From assembly GCA_031412355.1 (NCBI GenBank), contig JANOCR010000063.1, forward strand, positions 1-63,759: a DNA stretch of 63,759 nt. The letters are read 5' to 3'. A program made the position numbers and the translations under genes. The first letter of the stretch is position 1; every line of letters begins with the position of its first letter. This DNA is from Ilumatobacteraceae bacterium. Lineage in GTDB: Bacteria > Actinomycetota > Acidimicrobiia > Acidimicrobiales > Ilumatobacteraceae. Below the pieces are notes generated by a model. That model was not told the DNA's origin. It worked only from the letters and a program-made list of their open reading frames with translations, and did not search any database. Below are positions 8,569 to 17,744 of the stretch, piece by piece.

Positions 8569-10095
8569 ATGGTCTCCGTGACATTGCCCACCAACACCTC
8601 TCTTTCCGAACTGACCGACGCCGCGCTACATGCCTGCGGGGCGCCTGGGCTCAGTGCAGCGGGCCAGCACACGGCCCGGAGCCCGATCACAGGCATCGAC
8701 GTGGGGTCGATCGCTTCCACGTTGGACGTGAGCACGGCAGCAGAGCGGGCCGGCGCCGCGTTCCTGGTGTGGCGCACCACGCCGGGCCCGCTGCGCGGCG
8801 AACTGATCCGCCAGTTCGCCACCCTGCTGCGGACCCACAAGGCCGACCTCGGCCGCCTCGTGCAGATCGAGGTCGGCAAGATCGAGAGCGAGGCGTTGGG
8901 CGAGGTGCAGGAGATGATCGACATCTGCGACTTCGCCGTCGGCCTCAGCAGGCAGTTGCACGGGCTCACCATTTCCAGCGAACGTCCAGGCCATCGTTTG
9001 ATGGAGCAATGGCACCCGTTGGGCCCGACGGGAGTCATCACAGCGTTCAACTTCCCGGTGGCGGTGTGGAGCTGGAACGCGGCGCTGGCCGTCGTGTGCG
9101 GCAACCCGGTGATCTGGAAGCCCAGCGATCTCACCCCGCTCACGGCGATCGCCACTAGTGCCCTGTTCGACCAGGCCGCGGCAGCGGTTGGGGCGCCGGC
9201 ACATCTCAACCAAGTCGTGCTCGGTGGCGCCGAGGTCGGGGCCGAACTTGTTGCGCACCCCGGCATTCCACTGATCAGCGCAACGGGCTCGACCCGAATG
9301 GGCCAGCAGGTTGCCGGCGTGGTCGCAGCACGATTCGGTCGCAGCATCCTCGAGCTCGGCGGCAACAACGCGGCGATCGTCGCGCCGTCGGCCGACATCG
9401 AGTTGGTCGTTCGAGGCATGACCTTCGCCGCGGCCGGCACCGCCGGGCAGCGGTGCACCTCGCTGCGCCGAGCCATCGTGCATCGTTCGCGCATCGACGA
9501 AGTCGTCGGGCGAATGTCGGCTGCGTACGCCACCCTGCCGATCGGCAGCCCGCTGGACCCCGGCACGTTGGTCGGCCCGCTGATCACATCGGTGGCGCTG
9601 CAGCGGATGATGGAAGCTGTCGACACGGCCCGCTCGGATGGCGGGACGGTGACCGTCGGCGGCGATCGGTTGCTCGCCGATGATGCACCCGACGCCGCGT
9701 ACGTACGACCAACCATTGTCACCATGCCGGAACAGACCAAGATCGTCGCCACGGAGACGTTCGCGCCTTTGCTGTACGTGATGGCGTACGACGAGTTCGA
9801 CGAGGCGTTGGCGCTGCAGAACGGGGTGCCCCAGGGCCTGGCCAGCAGCATCTTCACTACCGACGTGCGCGAGGCCGAGCGGTTCCTAGCGGCCGACGGG
9901 AGCGACTGCGGCATCGCCAACGTCAACATCGGGCCGAGCGGCGCCGAGATCGGTGGTGCCTTCGGTGGTGAGAAGGCCACCGGTGGCGGTAGGGAGAGTG
10001 GCAGTGATGCGTGGAAGGCGTATATGCGCCGGGCGACCAACACCATCAACTACTCGAACGACCTCCCCCTGGCCCAAGGCGTCAAGTTCGGCTAG
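8569..10095 (+). CDS. aldehyde dehydrogenase, ALDH7 / piperideine-6-carboxylate (aminoadipate-semialdehyde) dehydrogenase-like
   Basis: FNFPVAVWSWNAALAVVCGNPVIWKPS, the ELGGNNA Glu motif and the GTAGQRCTS catalytic Cys motif are present. ATG at 8569 removes a false N-terminal extension that overlaps the opposite-strand gene. Confidence 0.85.
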   Translation: MVSVTLPTNTSLSELTDAALHACGAPGLSAAGQHTARSPITGIDVGSIASTLDVSTAAERAGAAFLVWRTTPGPLRGELIRQFATLLRTHKADLGRLVQIEVGKIESEALGEVQEMIDICDFAVGLSRQLHGLTISSERPGHRLMEQWHPLGPTGVITAFNFPVAVWSWNAALAVVCGNPVIWKPSDLTPLTAIATSALFDQAAAAVGAPAHLNQVVLGGAEVGAELVAHPGIPLISATGSTRMGQQVAGVVAARFGRSILELGGNNAAIVAPSADIELVVRGMTFAAAGTAGQRCTSLRRAIVHRSRIDEVVGRMSAAYATLPIGSPLDPGTLVGPLITSVALQRMMEAVDTARSDGGTVTVGGDRLLADDAPDAAYVRPTIVTMPEQTKIVATETFAPLLYVMAYDEFDEALALQNGVPQGLASSIFTTDVREAERFLAADGSDCGIANVNIGPSGAEIGGAFGGEKATGGGRESGSDAWKAYMRRATNTINYSNDLPLAQGVKFG

Positions 10096-10114
10096 CCGGC
10101 TCAAGGGAACCATC

Positions 10115-10210
10115 GGGCGCGCAAAATGCCATCCCTGGCGTGATACCGCGCCCACACTCCAATACGGGCGCGCAAAATGCCATCCCTGGCGTGATACCGC
10201 GCCCGCACTC
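10115..10210. repeat. tandem pair of 45-bp palindromic (hairpin-forming) elements, period 51 bp
   Basis: Copy 1 is 10115-10159 and copy 2 is 10166-10210; they differ at one base. Each has a GGGCGCG/CGCGCCC stem around a 25-nt loop that holds a nested GCCA/TGGC stem. The pair lies between convergent gene ends. Confidence 0.8.
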
Positions 10211-10865
10211 ATCGAGTGCGTTGGAGGAGGCGGAGGCTGCCGGTGACGCCGATCTCGGTGAACAGGCCGCTGCGCAGGGCCGGTAGGTAGATCTGCTCGT
10301 ACGGCGGGCGTCCGCCGTCGGCGGGGTCGGGAAAGACATCGTGGATGGCAAGCGTGCCACCCAGCGCAACGTGCGCCGCCCAACCCTGGTAGTCGAGCCG
10401 AGCAGGTTCTTCGCCATGACCGCCGTCGATGAACAACAGCGACAGCGGCGTGTTCCAGTAGCTCGCAATCGTCGGCGACTGGCCGACAACAGCGATCACG
10501 ACATCGTCTAGCCCGGCATCGTGGATCGTCGACCGAAACGTCGGAAGGGTGTCCATCCGCCCGGTGCGCGGGTCGACCACGCTGGTGTCGTGATGTTGCC
10601 ACCCGGCCTGGTTCTCGTCGCTACCGCGGTGGTGATCAACGGCGAACAGCACCGTTCCGGCAGCCCGGGCGGCAGCACCGAGCCACACCGTTGAACGACC
10701 GCAGTATGAGCCGACCTCGACCATCGGGCCCGACGCGCTGAGCCCAGCGGCAACCGCCGCTGCGTAGAGCGCGTCGCCTTCCTCGACCGGCATGAAGCCC
10801 TTGGCAGCGATCGCGTGGTCGCGCAACGCTGGGCTGAGGGGTGCCGAGGGCATGCCGGGCACCAT
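10209..10865 (-). CDS. class I SAM-dependent (O-)methyltransferase
   Basis: VEVGSYCGRST (motif I-like) and LLFIDGGHGEE are typical of the family-3 O-methyltransferase / Methyltransf_24 type. The start could be ATG 10865 or ATG 10853. Confidence 0.7.
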   Translation of the reverse strand: MVPGMPSAPLSPALRDHAIAAKGFMPVEEGDALYAAAVAAGLSASGPMVEVGSYCGRSTVWLGAAARAAGTVLFAVDHHRGSDENQAGWQHHDTSVVDPRTGRMDTLPTFRSTIHDAGLDDVVIAVVGQSPTIASYWNTPLSLLFIDGGHGEEPARLDYQGWAAHVALGGTLAIHDVFPDPADGGRPPYEQIYLPALRSGLFTEIGVTGSLRLLQRTR

Positions 10866-10912
10866 AATCGGCGTGTGTCCGAAGCCGCGATCGCTCGAAC
10901 CCGGCTCGCCGA

Positions 10913-12436
10913 GTGCCAACGGTGACGAGCCGGCCGCTGCCGCGGTGGGCGGTTCTGGTCGCCGCCGTGCCCGCCGCAGTGCTCGTCACGATCGCCACCC
11001 GGCACGATCCGTTGCTGTCGCCCGACTCGATCACCTATCTGTCGGTAGCCGACCACATCCGGGCGGGGCACGGGCTGACCGACTTCACCGGCGAGCCCCT
11101 CGCCGTGTTTGGTCCGGTGTATCCGCTGCTGCTGATGCCCGGGGGCCGCAATCTGGCCTGGGCAACCTTGATCGGTGTGCTGGCGATCGCCGCCGGCAGC
11201 GTGCTGATGGGTGCGCTGCTAAGGGCCAGGGTCCACCCCGTCGTGGCCGTGGCGGGTGCCCTCGCATTCGGCGCCAGCCAGGGATTGGTGCGGATGGCAT
11301 CGGTGGTGTGGAGCGAGGCGCCGTATGCCGCAATCGCGCTGGCGACTGTGGTCGTGCTGTCGCGCAAGCCGGTCACGACCCGTACCGCTGCGATCGGCGG
11401 GCTGCTGGCGGGCCTTGGCTTCCTGACCCGTTACGCCGGCATCGGACTGGTCGCCACTGGTGCGGTGATTGTCATCGCATCCGCGTGGATTCACGAACGC
11501 CCCGCTGTCCTGAGGCGAACGGCCTCCTTTGCAGCCGGCGCGGCCGGGATCAGCTCGCTGTGGATCATCCGCAACCTCGTGGAAACCGGCCAACCGCTGG
11601 GACCGCGCTTCGAGGGCGGCGCCGACGAGCCGCTGACGCGAACCATCCGCCTCGCGCTCAGCGGCACCGGTCACATCGTGATGGGTGACGGCTGGTCCGA
11701 GCCGGCCCGGGAGAAGATCGGGGCGGCGATCCTCGTCGGGCTCGCCGCGCTCGTCGGTGTGGCCCTGCACAGCCGCAAGGCGGTCGCTCTCGACCTCGGC
11801 ATGGCGGCGTTCGCGGCCACATCGTTCGTCGTGCCGATCGCTGCCCGCACGGCCACAGCCAACGACATCGAGCTGCGGGTGATGTCGCCAATGCTGATTC
11901 CCGTGGTCTACGCGGCCGCAGTGATCTCCGATCGCTTGTGCACCAAGCGCGGCTTGGGAATCGCGGGCGCTGCGGTGCTCGGCTGGTGGGTCTACCAGGG
12001 CGCCGCTTTCGCGGTGCGATTCCCCGATCTGGCGCCCGGCGGAAGCGGATACCGACCACAGTTCGCGCCGCAGTTGTACGACGAGATCGACGCGCTGCCC
12101 ACCGATGCGCGGGTAATGACAAACAGCCCGCAGCTGGAGTGGTGGTTCACGGATCGTGAACCGACGTTGATGGGATTCACCACACCGCGACCGGGGAACA
12201 GTCACTATCCGCTCGACATCGATCGCACCGTGCAGGAGGCCTGTTCCGGACATGCATACCTTGCTTGGTTCGAGGGTCTGCAGAACGCCGGCGACGGCCC
12301 GCGCGAGCGGCGGCCCGACCTGGCCACCGTCGTCGATCTGCGACTCGATGCATCGGTCCCCGGTGGTCAGCTGTATCACCTCGCGCCACTCGACATCGAC
12401 GCGTGCCCAACGGATCCCGCCGCTGGGCAAGGATGA
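10913..12436 (+). CDS. polytopic membrane protein, GT-C (ArnT/PMT-like) glycosyltransferase candidate
   Basis: There are roughly 10 hydrophobic segments. An N-terminal loop SPDSITYLSVADHIRAGHG resembles the first-loop motif of the PMT_2/ArnT family. The soluble C-terminal domain is not recognised. Confidence 0.55.
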   Translation: MPTVTSRPLPRWAVLVAAVPAAVLVTIATRHDPLLSPDSITYLSVADHIRAGHGLTDFTGEPLAVFGPVYPLLLMPGGRNLAWATLIGVLAIAAGSVLMGALLRARVHPVVAVAGALAFGASQGLVRMASVVWSEAPYAAIALATVVVLSRKPVTTRTAAIGGLLAGLGFLTRYAGIGLVATGAVIVIASAWIHERPAVLRRTASFAAGAAGISSLWIIRNLVETGQPLGPRFEGGADEPLTRTIRLALSGTGHIVMGDGWSEPAREKIGAAILVGLAALVGVALHSRKAVALDLGMAAFAATSFVVPIAARTATANDIELRVMSPMLIPVVYAAAVISDRLCTKRGLGIAGAAVLGWWVYQGAAFAVRFPDLAPGGSGYRPQFAPQLYDEIDALPTDARVMTNSPQLEWWFTDREPTLMGFTTPRPGNSHYPLDIDRTVQEACSGHAYLAWFEGLQNAGDGPRERRPDLATVVDLRLDASVPGGQLYHLAPLDIDACPTDPAAGQG

Positions 12437-12440
12437 GTAC

Positions 12441-13295
12441 ATGACCGCCCTCGACGATCTCGTGAAGCTGCTCGACCTCGAATCGATCGAGGTCAACATC
12501 TTCCGCGGTCGCTCGCCCGACGAAAGCCGCCAGCGCGTGTTCGGCGGGCAGGTTGCCGGCCAGGCACTGGTCGCCGCCACCCGCACAATCGACGACCCCG
12601 GACGGCAGGTGCATTCGCTGCACGCCTACTTCCTGCGCCCGGGCGATCCGCTCGTGCCGATCCTCTACGAGGTCGACCGGATTCGCGACGGTCGCAGCTT
12701 CACAACGCGCCGAGTCGTTGCCATCCAGCACGGCAAGGCGATCTTTAATCTGCAGGCCAGCTTCCACGTGCACGAGCCCGGCGCCGATCATCAGATGACG
12801 ATGCCGACCGACGTGCCCCCACCGGAGTCGCTGCCCGACTTCAAGACTCGCATGGAGCCGTACAAGGAGCGCATGGGCGTGTGGTACGACCGGCCGCGGC
12901 CCATTGACGTCAGGTACATCGATCGCGATCCGTTCAATCGGCAAGACAACCCTGCCGACGGCCAACGCGTTTGGATGCGCGCCGACGGACGACTGGCCGA
13001 CGATCCCACGTTGCACGCATGCGTGGTCACCTACGCCAGCGACATGACGCTGCTGGACACCACGGTGCTGCCATTCGGGTTGTCGTGGGACAGCCCGGGC
13101 ATGCAGATGGCCAGCCTCGATCATGCAATGTGGTTCCATCGCTCATTCCGTGCCGACGACTGGCTGCTGTACGACCAGAAGGCGTTGTCGACCAGCGCCG
13201 GACGCGGGTTGGCCGGCGGGGCGATCTTCACCAGCGACGGCACGTTGGCCATCACTGTCGTACAGGAGGGACTGGCCAGGATAGGCAGGACATGA
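12441..13295 (+). CDS. tesB: acyl-CoA thioesterase II
   Basis: LVKLLDLESIEVNIFRG.S....RVFGGQVAGQAL and a double hot-dog length of about 285 aa. ATG at 12441 follows the stop of the upstream gene. Confidence 0.85.
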   Translation: MTALDDLVKLLDLESIEVNIFRGRSPDESRQRVFGGQVAGQALVAATRTIDDPGRQVHSLHAYFLRPGDPLVPILYEVDRIRDGRSFTTRRVVAIQHGKAIFNLQASFHVHEPGADHQMTMPTDVPPPESLPDFKTRMEPYKERMGVWYDRPRPIDVRYIDRDPFNRQDNPADGQRVWMRADGRLADDPTLHACVVTYASDMTLLDTTVLPFGLSWDSPGMQMASLDHAMWFHRSFRADDWLLYDQKALSTSAGRGLAGGAIFTSDGTLAITVVQEGLARIGRT

Positions 13296-14527
13296 AGCGA
13301 AGGCAATCGATTCACGGCTGCGCCGCCGTGGCGATGATCGTCCTCGCGGGCGGTTGCTCCGACGACTCGGCGGAGGTGGAGGTCAGCCCTGCCGACGCCA
13401 CTCGGACGGCGACGGACTCGCCGAACAGCGATCCGTCGACATCCGCGGCCGTTGCCACGACGACAGCTCCGGCACCGGGTGATCCCGTGGTGGCCTTCAC
13501 CCAGCTCGACGGCTTCAACCAACCGGTCGGGATGGCATCTCGTTCAACCGATGACACGCTGTACATCGTCGAGCAAGCCGGGCGGGTCGTCATCATGACC
13601 AACGGGCAACCGGGCGCAGTGGCTCTCGACATGACCGATCTCACCAGCGCCCGGGGTGAACGCGGCCTGCTGGGGCTCGCCATCAAGCCAGACGGAGCAC
13701 TGGCGTACGTCAACTACACCGACAATGCGAACGACACCCAGATCGACGAGTACACGATCGCTGCCGACGGAACGTTCGAACCGGCAACGCGCCGTACGGT
13801 GCTCAGCATCGCCCAGCCGTACCGCAACCACAACGGCGGCGATCTGGCGTTCGGCCCCGACAACATGCTGTACATCGGCACCGGCGACGGCGGCTCGCGC
13901 GGCGACCCTGATCGCCGATCGCTGAACCTCGCCCAGGCGCTCGGCAAGATGCTGCGCATCGATCCCCAACCGAGCGCGGATGCTGCGTACACCGTGCCAC
14001 CCGACAACCCCTTCGTCGACATCGGCGGGGCACTGCCCGAGATCTGGTCGATTGGCCTGCGCAACCCGTGGAGATTCAGTTTCGATCGGTCGACCGGCGA
14101 CCTGTGGATCGCCGACGTCGGCCAGAACCAATGGGAGGAAGTCGACGTTGCCTGGGCTGCCGACGGCGGAGGACGGGGCGCCAACTTCGGGTGGAGCGCG
14201 TTCGAGGGCAACCACCCGTTCAACGCCGATCAACTCGCCGATGGAGCCATCGCGCCGATCCACGAGTACGAACACGTCGGTGCCGATTGTTCGGTCAGCG
14301 GTGGGGCGCTCTACAGGGGCACCAAGATACCCGCTCTCGCAGGTTGGTATGTGTTCGCCGACTACTGCAGCGGACAGGTGCGCGCCCTGCAGATCGCAGA
14401 CCGTGCCGTCGTCAACCAACGGTTGCTCGGCCAGGTTACCAAAGTCACCGCCGTGCGAGAAGGTCCCGACGGCGAACTGTTCGTGCTGTCGGGCGATGGC
14501 CCGATCTACGCGGTCACCGCCGGCTGA
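13292..14527 (+). CDS. PQQ-dependent sugar (glucose/sorbosone) dehydrogenase family lipoprotein
   Basis: Lipobox IVLAGGC|SDD. Motifs HNGGDLAFGPD, YIGTGDGG, GLRNPWRFSFD and WIADVGQN match the beta-propeller soluble GSDH family. The start overlaps the tesB stop (ATGA). Confidence 0.8.
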   Translation: MKRRQSIHGCAAVAMIVLAGGCSDDSAEVEVSPADATRTATDSPNSDPSTSAAVATTTAPAPGDPVVAFTQLDGFNQPVGMASRSTDDTLYIVEQAGRVVIMTNGQPGAVALDMTDLTSARGERGLLGLAIKPDGALAYVNYTDNANDTQIDEYTIAADGTFEPATRRTVLSIAQPYRNHNGGDLAFGPDNMLYIGTGDGGSRGDPDRRSLNLAQALGKMLRIDPQPSADAAYTVPPDNPFVDIGGALPEIWSIGLRNPWRFSFDRSTGDLWIADVGQNQWEEVDVAWAADGGGRGANFGWSAFEGNHPFNADQLADGAIAPIHEYEHVGADCSVSGGALYRGTKIPALAGWYVFADYCSGQVRALQIADRAVVNQRLLGQVTKVTAVREGPDGELFVLSGDGPIYAVTAG

Positions 14528-14530
14528 GAC

Positions 14531-15916
14531 TCACGCCACCCGTTCGAGCTTGGCCGTTCGCGCTGGGATATCGGTCGACACGACGCGGACGCGCACATCG
14601 TCGCCCGGCGCGACGTGATGAGCGTTGATTCGCGACACGACGGGGAGTTCGCACAGTTGGATTCGCGCGCCGCGAGCGTCGACATCGGTGACGACCGCGG
14701 TGAACGTTCGTTGTGTCTGAGCACTGAGCAACGCCACCTCGGCCAAGTCGATGACGGCCCGCTCGATCTGCCCTGCAGCGTCGTCGGCGCGCTCCATCAC
14801 CGGTGGCAGCTTGGGAAACGCTGCGGCAATATCGTCGGGTAGCGGCTGGCCGTTGGCAATCGCCAGCGTGGCCATCACCACGTAGCGATCGGCCAGGCGA
14901 CGAAGTGGCGCTGTGGCATGTGCGTAGGTCGCCGCCATCGCCGCGTGCCACGGACGCTGACCGGTGCTGAACGGCACGTACGAAGCTCCACCGCCCGCAC
15001 GCCGAATGGCCATCAAGAAGGCGGCGGACTCCGTCGAGCGGGCGTCGAGGGATCGTTCGAAGTCGGGCAGGTTCACTTCTTCGGGCCAGTCGATGCCGAA
15101 TGCCCGCGCAGTGTGGCGCAACCGCTGCACAGCCCGCGCGTCGGGTTCCGACATGACCCTGAACAACCCAGTGCCCGCCGCGTGCAACATGTCGGCGACG
15201 GCCAGATTCGTCGCCAGCGACATCGCCGCGTTGTGGTCCTCTGACTGCAATCGCGGACGGAAGGAGATGTCGTAGCCCCCGTGATCGGTGGCGTGAACCT
15301 CTTGCTCGGGCGGTTCGATTCGTGCCGCGCCGCGGGCTTCCTCGGCCGACGCGATCCGCCGCGCCAGTTCGGGGAAGTCTTCAGGCAGGTCGGCCGGCCG
15401 CACCGTTTCGTACCCCAGCTTCGCTCTGCTACGGATCACCGACCGCTCAACGCCATCGAGCTTCGACTGGCCATCCCCCGCGACGCGCACGTGGAAGACA
15501 ACCGCCGGTCGGGGACCATCGGGCAGCAGGCTCGCCGCGCCTTCGGCCAGCACCGGCGGATACAGGCCGGCCTTGCCGTCGGGCAGGTACTGCGTTGTGC
15601 CCCGACGCCACGCTTCCTCGTCGAGCCGCCCGCCACCATCGACGAACCAGGCGACGTCAGCGATGGCGTAGTGCAGCAGCACGTCGTCGCCGCTGCGCTC
15701 GATGTGGAAGGCCTGGTCGAGATCGGTCGACGATTCGGGGTCCAACGTGACGAAGGGCCAGTCGGTGCGATCGGTGTGCGCGGCCGGCGCCCGCTTCGCG
15801 GCCTCGTCGGCCTCCGACAGAACATCCGCGGGAAACTCTGCGGGGACCTTGAACTGCCGTCGAATTCCGCGAAGACCTTCGACGAGTTCGCCGGTGAGAT
15901 CAGCGTGAATGCGCAC
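14531..15916 (-). CDS. RNB-domain exoribonuclease (RNase II/R family)
   Basis: The DLDQAFHIE motif and later RNB motifs (LRRLADRYV) are present, with a C-terminal S1-like region. The GTG start directly abuts the mreB stop (TAGGTG). Confidence 0.75.
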   Translation of the reverse strand: MRIHADLTGELVEGLRGIRRQFKVPAEFPADVLSEADEAAKRAPAAHTDRTDWPFVTLDPESSTDLDQAFHIERSGDDVLLHYAIADVAWFVDGGGRLDEEAWRRGTTQYLPDGKAGLYPPVLAEGAASLLPDGPRPAVVFHVRVAGDGQSKLDGVERSVIRSRAKLGYETVRPADLPEDFPELARRIASAEEARGAARIEPPEQEVHATDHGGYDISFRPRLQSEDHNAAMSLATNLAVADMLHAAGTGLFRVMSEPDARAVQRLRHTARAFGIDWPEEVNLPDFERSLDARSTESAAFLMAIRRAGGGASYVPFSTGQRPWHAAMAATYAHATAPLRRLADRYVVMATLAIANGQPLPDDIAAAFPKLPPVMERADDAAGQIERAVIDLAEVALLSAQTQRTFTAVVTDVDARGARIQLCELPVVSRINAHHVAPGDDVRVRVVSTDIPARTAKLERVA

Positions 15917-16921
15917 CTAGCGACGAGCCCCCATGAACATCGTCTTCAGCGCGTCGTAGTGCTCGATGCAGTGCCCCGCACCCATGACCACGGCCTCGAG
16001 CGGCATGGTCGACATCTTCACCGGCACCTGTGTCTCGCGTTCGATGCGCTGTGCGAGCCCGCGCAGCAGGCCGCCACCGCCCACCAGGTACATGCCTCGG
16101 ACCAGGAAGTCCTGGGCCAGCTCGGGTGGCGCCTTCGACAGGCACCGGACCACCGACGCGGTGATGCTGCTGATGACGTCGTCGATCGCCAGACGGATCT
16201 CTTCCGGAGTCAGGATCACGGTCTTCGGCAGGCCGCTCATCAGGTCGCGACCGCGCACCTCGGCCTGGTTCTCGTCGTCGGTGGGATCGGCCGACCCGAT
16301 GGCAACCTTGACCTCTTCCGCGGTGCGCTCGCCGATTGCGATGCCGTGCTCGCGACGTACGTACGCCTGGATCGCGGCATCGATGTCGAAGCTGCCGACG
16401 CGGACGGCCTCGAGGGCAACGATCCCACCGAGGCTTATGACTGCCGTTTCACTGGTGCCGCCACCGATGTCGATGACCATGTTGCCCACCGGCTCGTCGA
16501 TCGGCAGATCTGCGCCGATCGCCGCGGCCATCGGCTGCTCGATCAACTGGGCGTCGGCCGCACCCGCGCGACGTGCCGCGTCGGTCACCGCCCGCCGCTC
16601 GACCTCGGTGATCGCCGAGGGCACACAGATGACCACCTTCGGACGGGTAAATCGGCTGACACCGACGCGCTGCAGCAGCAGTCGGATCATTCGCTCGGTG
16701 ATCTCGAAGTCGGTGATGGCCCCACCGCGCAGCGGCCGCACGGCAACGATGTAGCCGGGAGTGCGCCCGATCATCTGCCATGCCTCGCGCCCGGTAGCCA
16801 ACACCTCGCCGGTTTGGCGGTTCAAGGCGATGACGGACGGCTCGTTCAACACGATGCCGCGGCCTTTCATGTAGACGAGCGTGTTAGCCGTGCCGAGGTC
16901 GATTGCTAGGTCGCGAGCCAT
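15917..16921 (-). CDS. mreB: rod shape-determining actin homolog MreB
   Basis: DLAIDLGTANTLVY, EPSVIA and DIGGGTSE are the canonical MreB phosphate and adenosine motifs. Length is 334 aa. Confidence 0.9.
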   Translation of the reverse strand: MARDLAIDLGTANTLVYMKGRGIVLNEPSVIALNRQTGEVLATGREAWQMIGRTPGYIVAVRPLRGGAITDFEITERMIRLLLQRVGVSRFTRPKVVICVPSAITEVERRAVTDAARRAGAADAQLIEQPMAAAIGADLPIDEPVGNMVIDIGGGTSETAVISLGGIVALEAVRVGSFDIDAAIQAYVRREHGIAIGERTAEEVKVAIGSADPTDDENQAEVRGRDLMSGLPKTVILTPEEIRLAIDDVISSITASVVRCLSKAPPELAQDFLVRGMYLVGGGGLLRGLAQRIERETQVPVKMSTMPLEAVVMGAGHCIEHYDALKTMFMGARR

Positions 16922-16924
16922 GGG

Positions 16925-17143
16925 CTAGTCCGTTGGCTCCGGTGGGCCCTTGTCGGGGTCGTCATCGTTCGGCTGGTTGGGGCGCACGCGATCCATCACT
17001 TCACGCCGCGACTCGGGTGACAACGCGTCGATGTGCCGTCGGAAACTGGTGAGCCCGGCGTCTTGGCGCGGCCGGCGCGTGTAGGCGATGAGCCCGATGG
17101 CCAAGAGCAGCACGAGAGCGGCGACAGCAATGACGACCGTCAC
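16925..17143 (-). CDS. small single-pass membrane protein, unknown function
   Basis: The GTG start overlaps the moaE stop (GTGA). One TM segment (VVIAVAALVLLLAIGLIAY) is followed by a charged Pro/Asp-rich tail. It ends 3 nt before the mreB start. Confidence 0.45.
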   Translation of the reverse strand: MTVVIAVAALVLLLAIGLIAYTRRPRQDAGLTSFRRHIDALSPESRREVMDRVRPNQPNDDDPDKGPPEPTD

Positions 17144-17652
17144 GATGCGTTCCGCCGACCGGACGTAGTCGGAACCGACACCGCGTCGACCGGCGCACCC
17201 GCAGCGACGCCCCAATCGGCGCCGTCTCGCCACATCTCACGCTTCCAGATCGGGGCACTCAACTTCAGCGCGTCGATCGCAAAGCGGGCAGCGTCGAAGG
17301 CCTCGGCTCTATGAGGAGCGCTGACAACGGCGATGACGGAACTCTCGCCAAGGGCCAAGCTGCCGATTCGATGGATCAGCACAACCCTTCCGGTTTCGGG
17401 CCAGCGCTGGCGCAACTCGACGTCGATGGCCTCGAACCGCGGCACGACCTGCGACTCGTATGCCTCGTACGTCAACGACTCGACTTGGTCGCGCAACACA
17501 CCCTGCTCGTCGACCGCATGGTCACGGACGGTGCCGCTGAACAGCACGACAGCGCCACATTGCGGCAACACCGCCCACTCGTAGGCAGCGGTGATCGGCA
17601 ACTGATCGCTGGTCAGGCTGAGCCATGAGTTACCGCTAGCCGGAGGTTGCAC
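17140..17652 (-). CDS. moaE: molybdopterin synthase catalytic subunit
   Basis: GAVVLFSGTVRD...YEAY....I..E.....V.L.HRIG.L.LGE.SV.V.V.S.HR..AF.A....ID.LK...PIWK is the MoaE pattern. GTG at 17652 removes an Arg-rich extension. Confidence 0.8.
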   Translation of the reverse strand: MQPPASGNSWLSLTSDQLPITAAYEWAVLPQCGAVVLFSGTVRDHAVDEQGVLRDQVESLTYEAYESQVVPRFEAIDVELRQRWPETGRVVLIHRIGSLALGESSVIAVVSAPHRAEAFDAARFAIDALKLSAPIWKREMWRDGADWGVAAGAPVDAVSVPTTSGRRNAS

Positions 17653-17744
17653 GACTACCCATCGTAGCTCGCCGGTTCGCAAGCGACACGGGAGACGTGG
17701 GGCGATGCCCGCAGCGAGCTCAGGGTCGGTAACCTCTCCGGCTC

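Noticed and set aside
10115-10210. CRISPR array interpretation of the tandem palindromic repeats, also 18924..19047
   Set aside because: There are only two copies each. The inter-repeat 'spacers' are 6-12 nt, no cas genes are present, and the repeats sit at convergent 3' ends.
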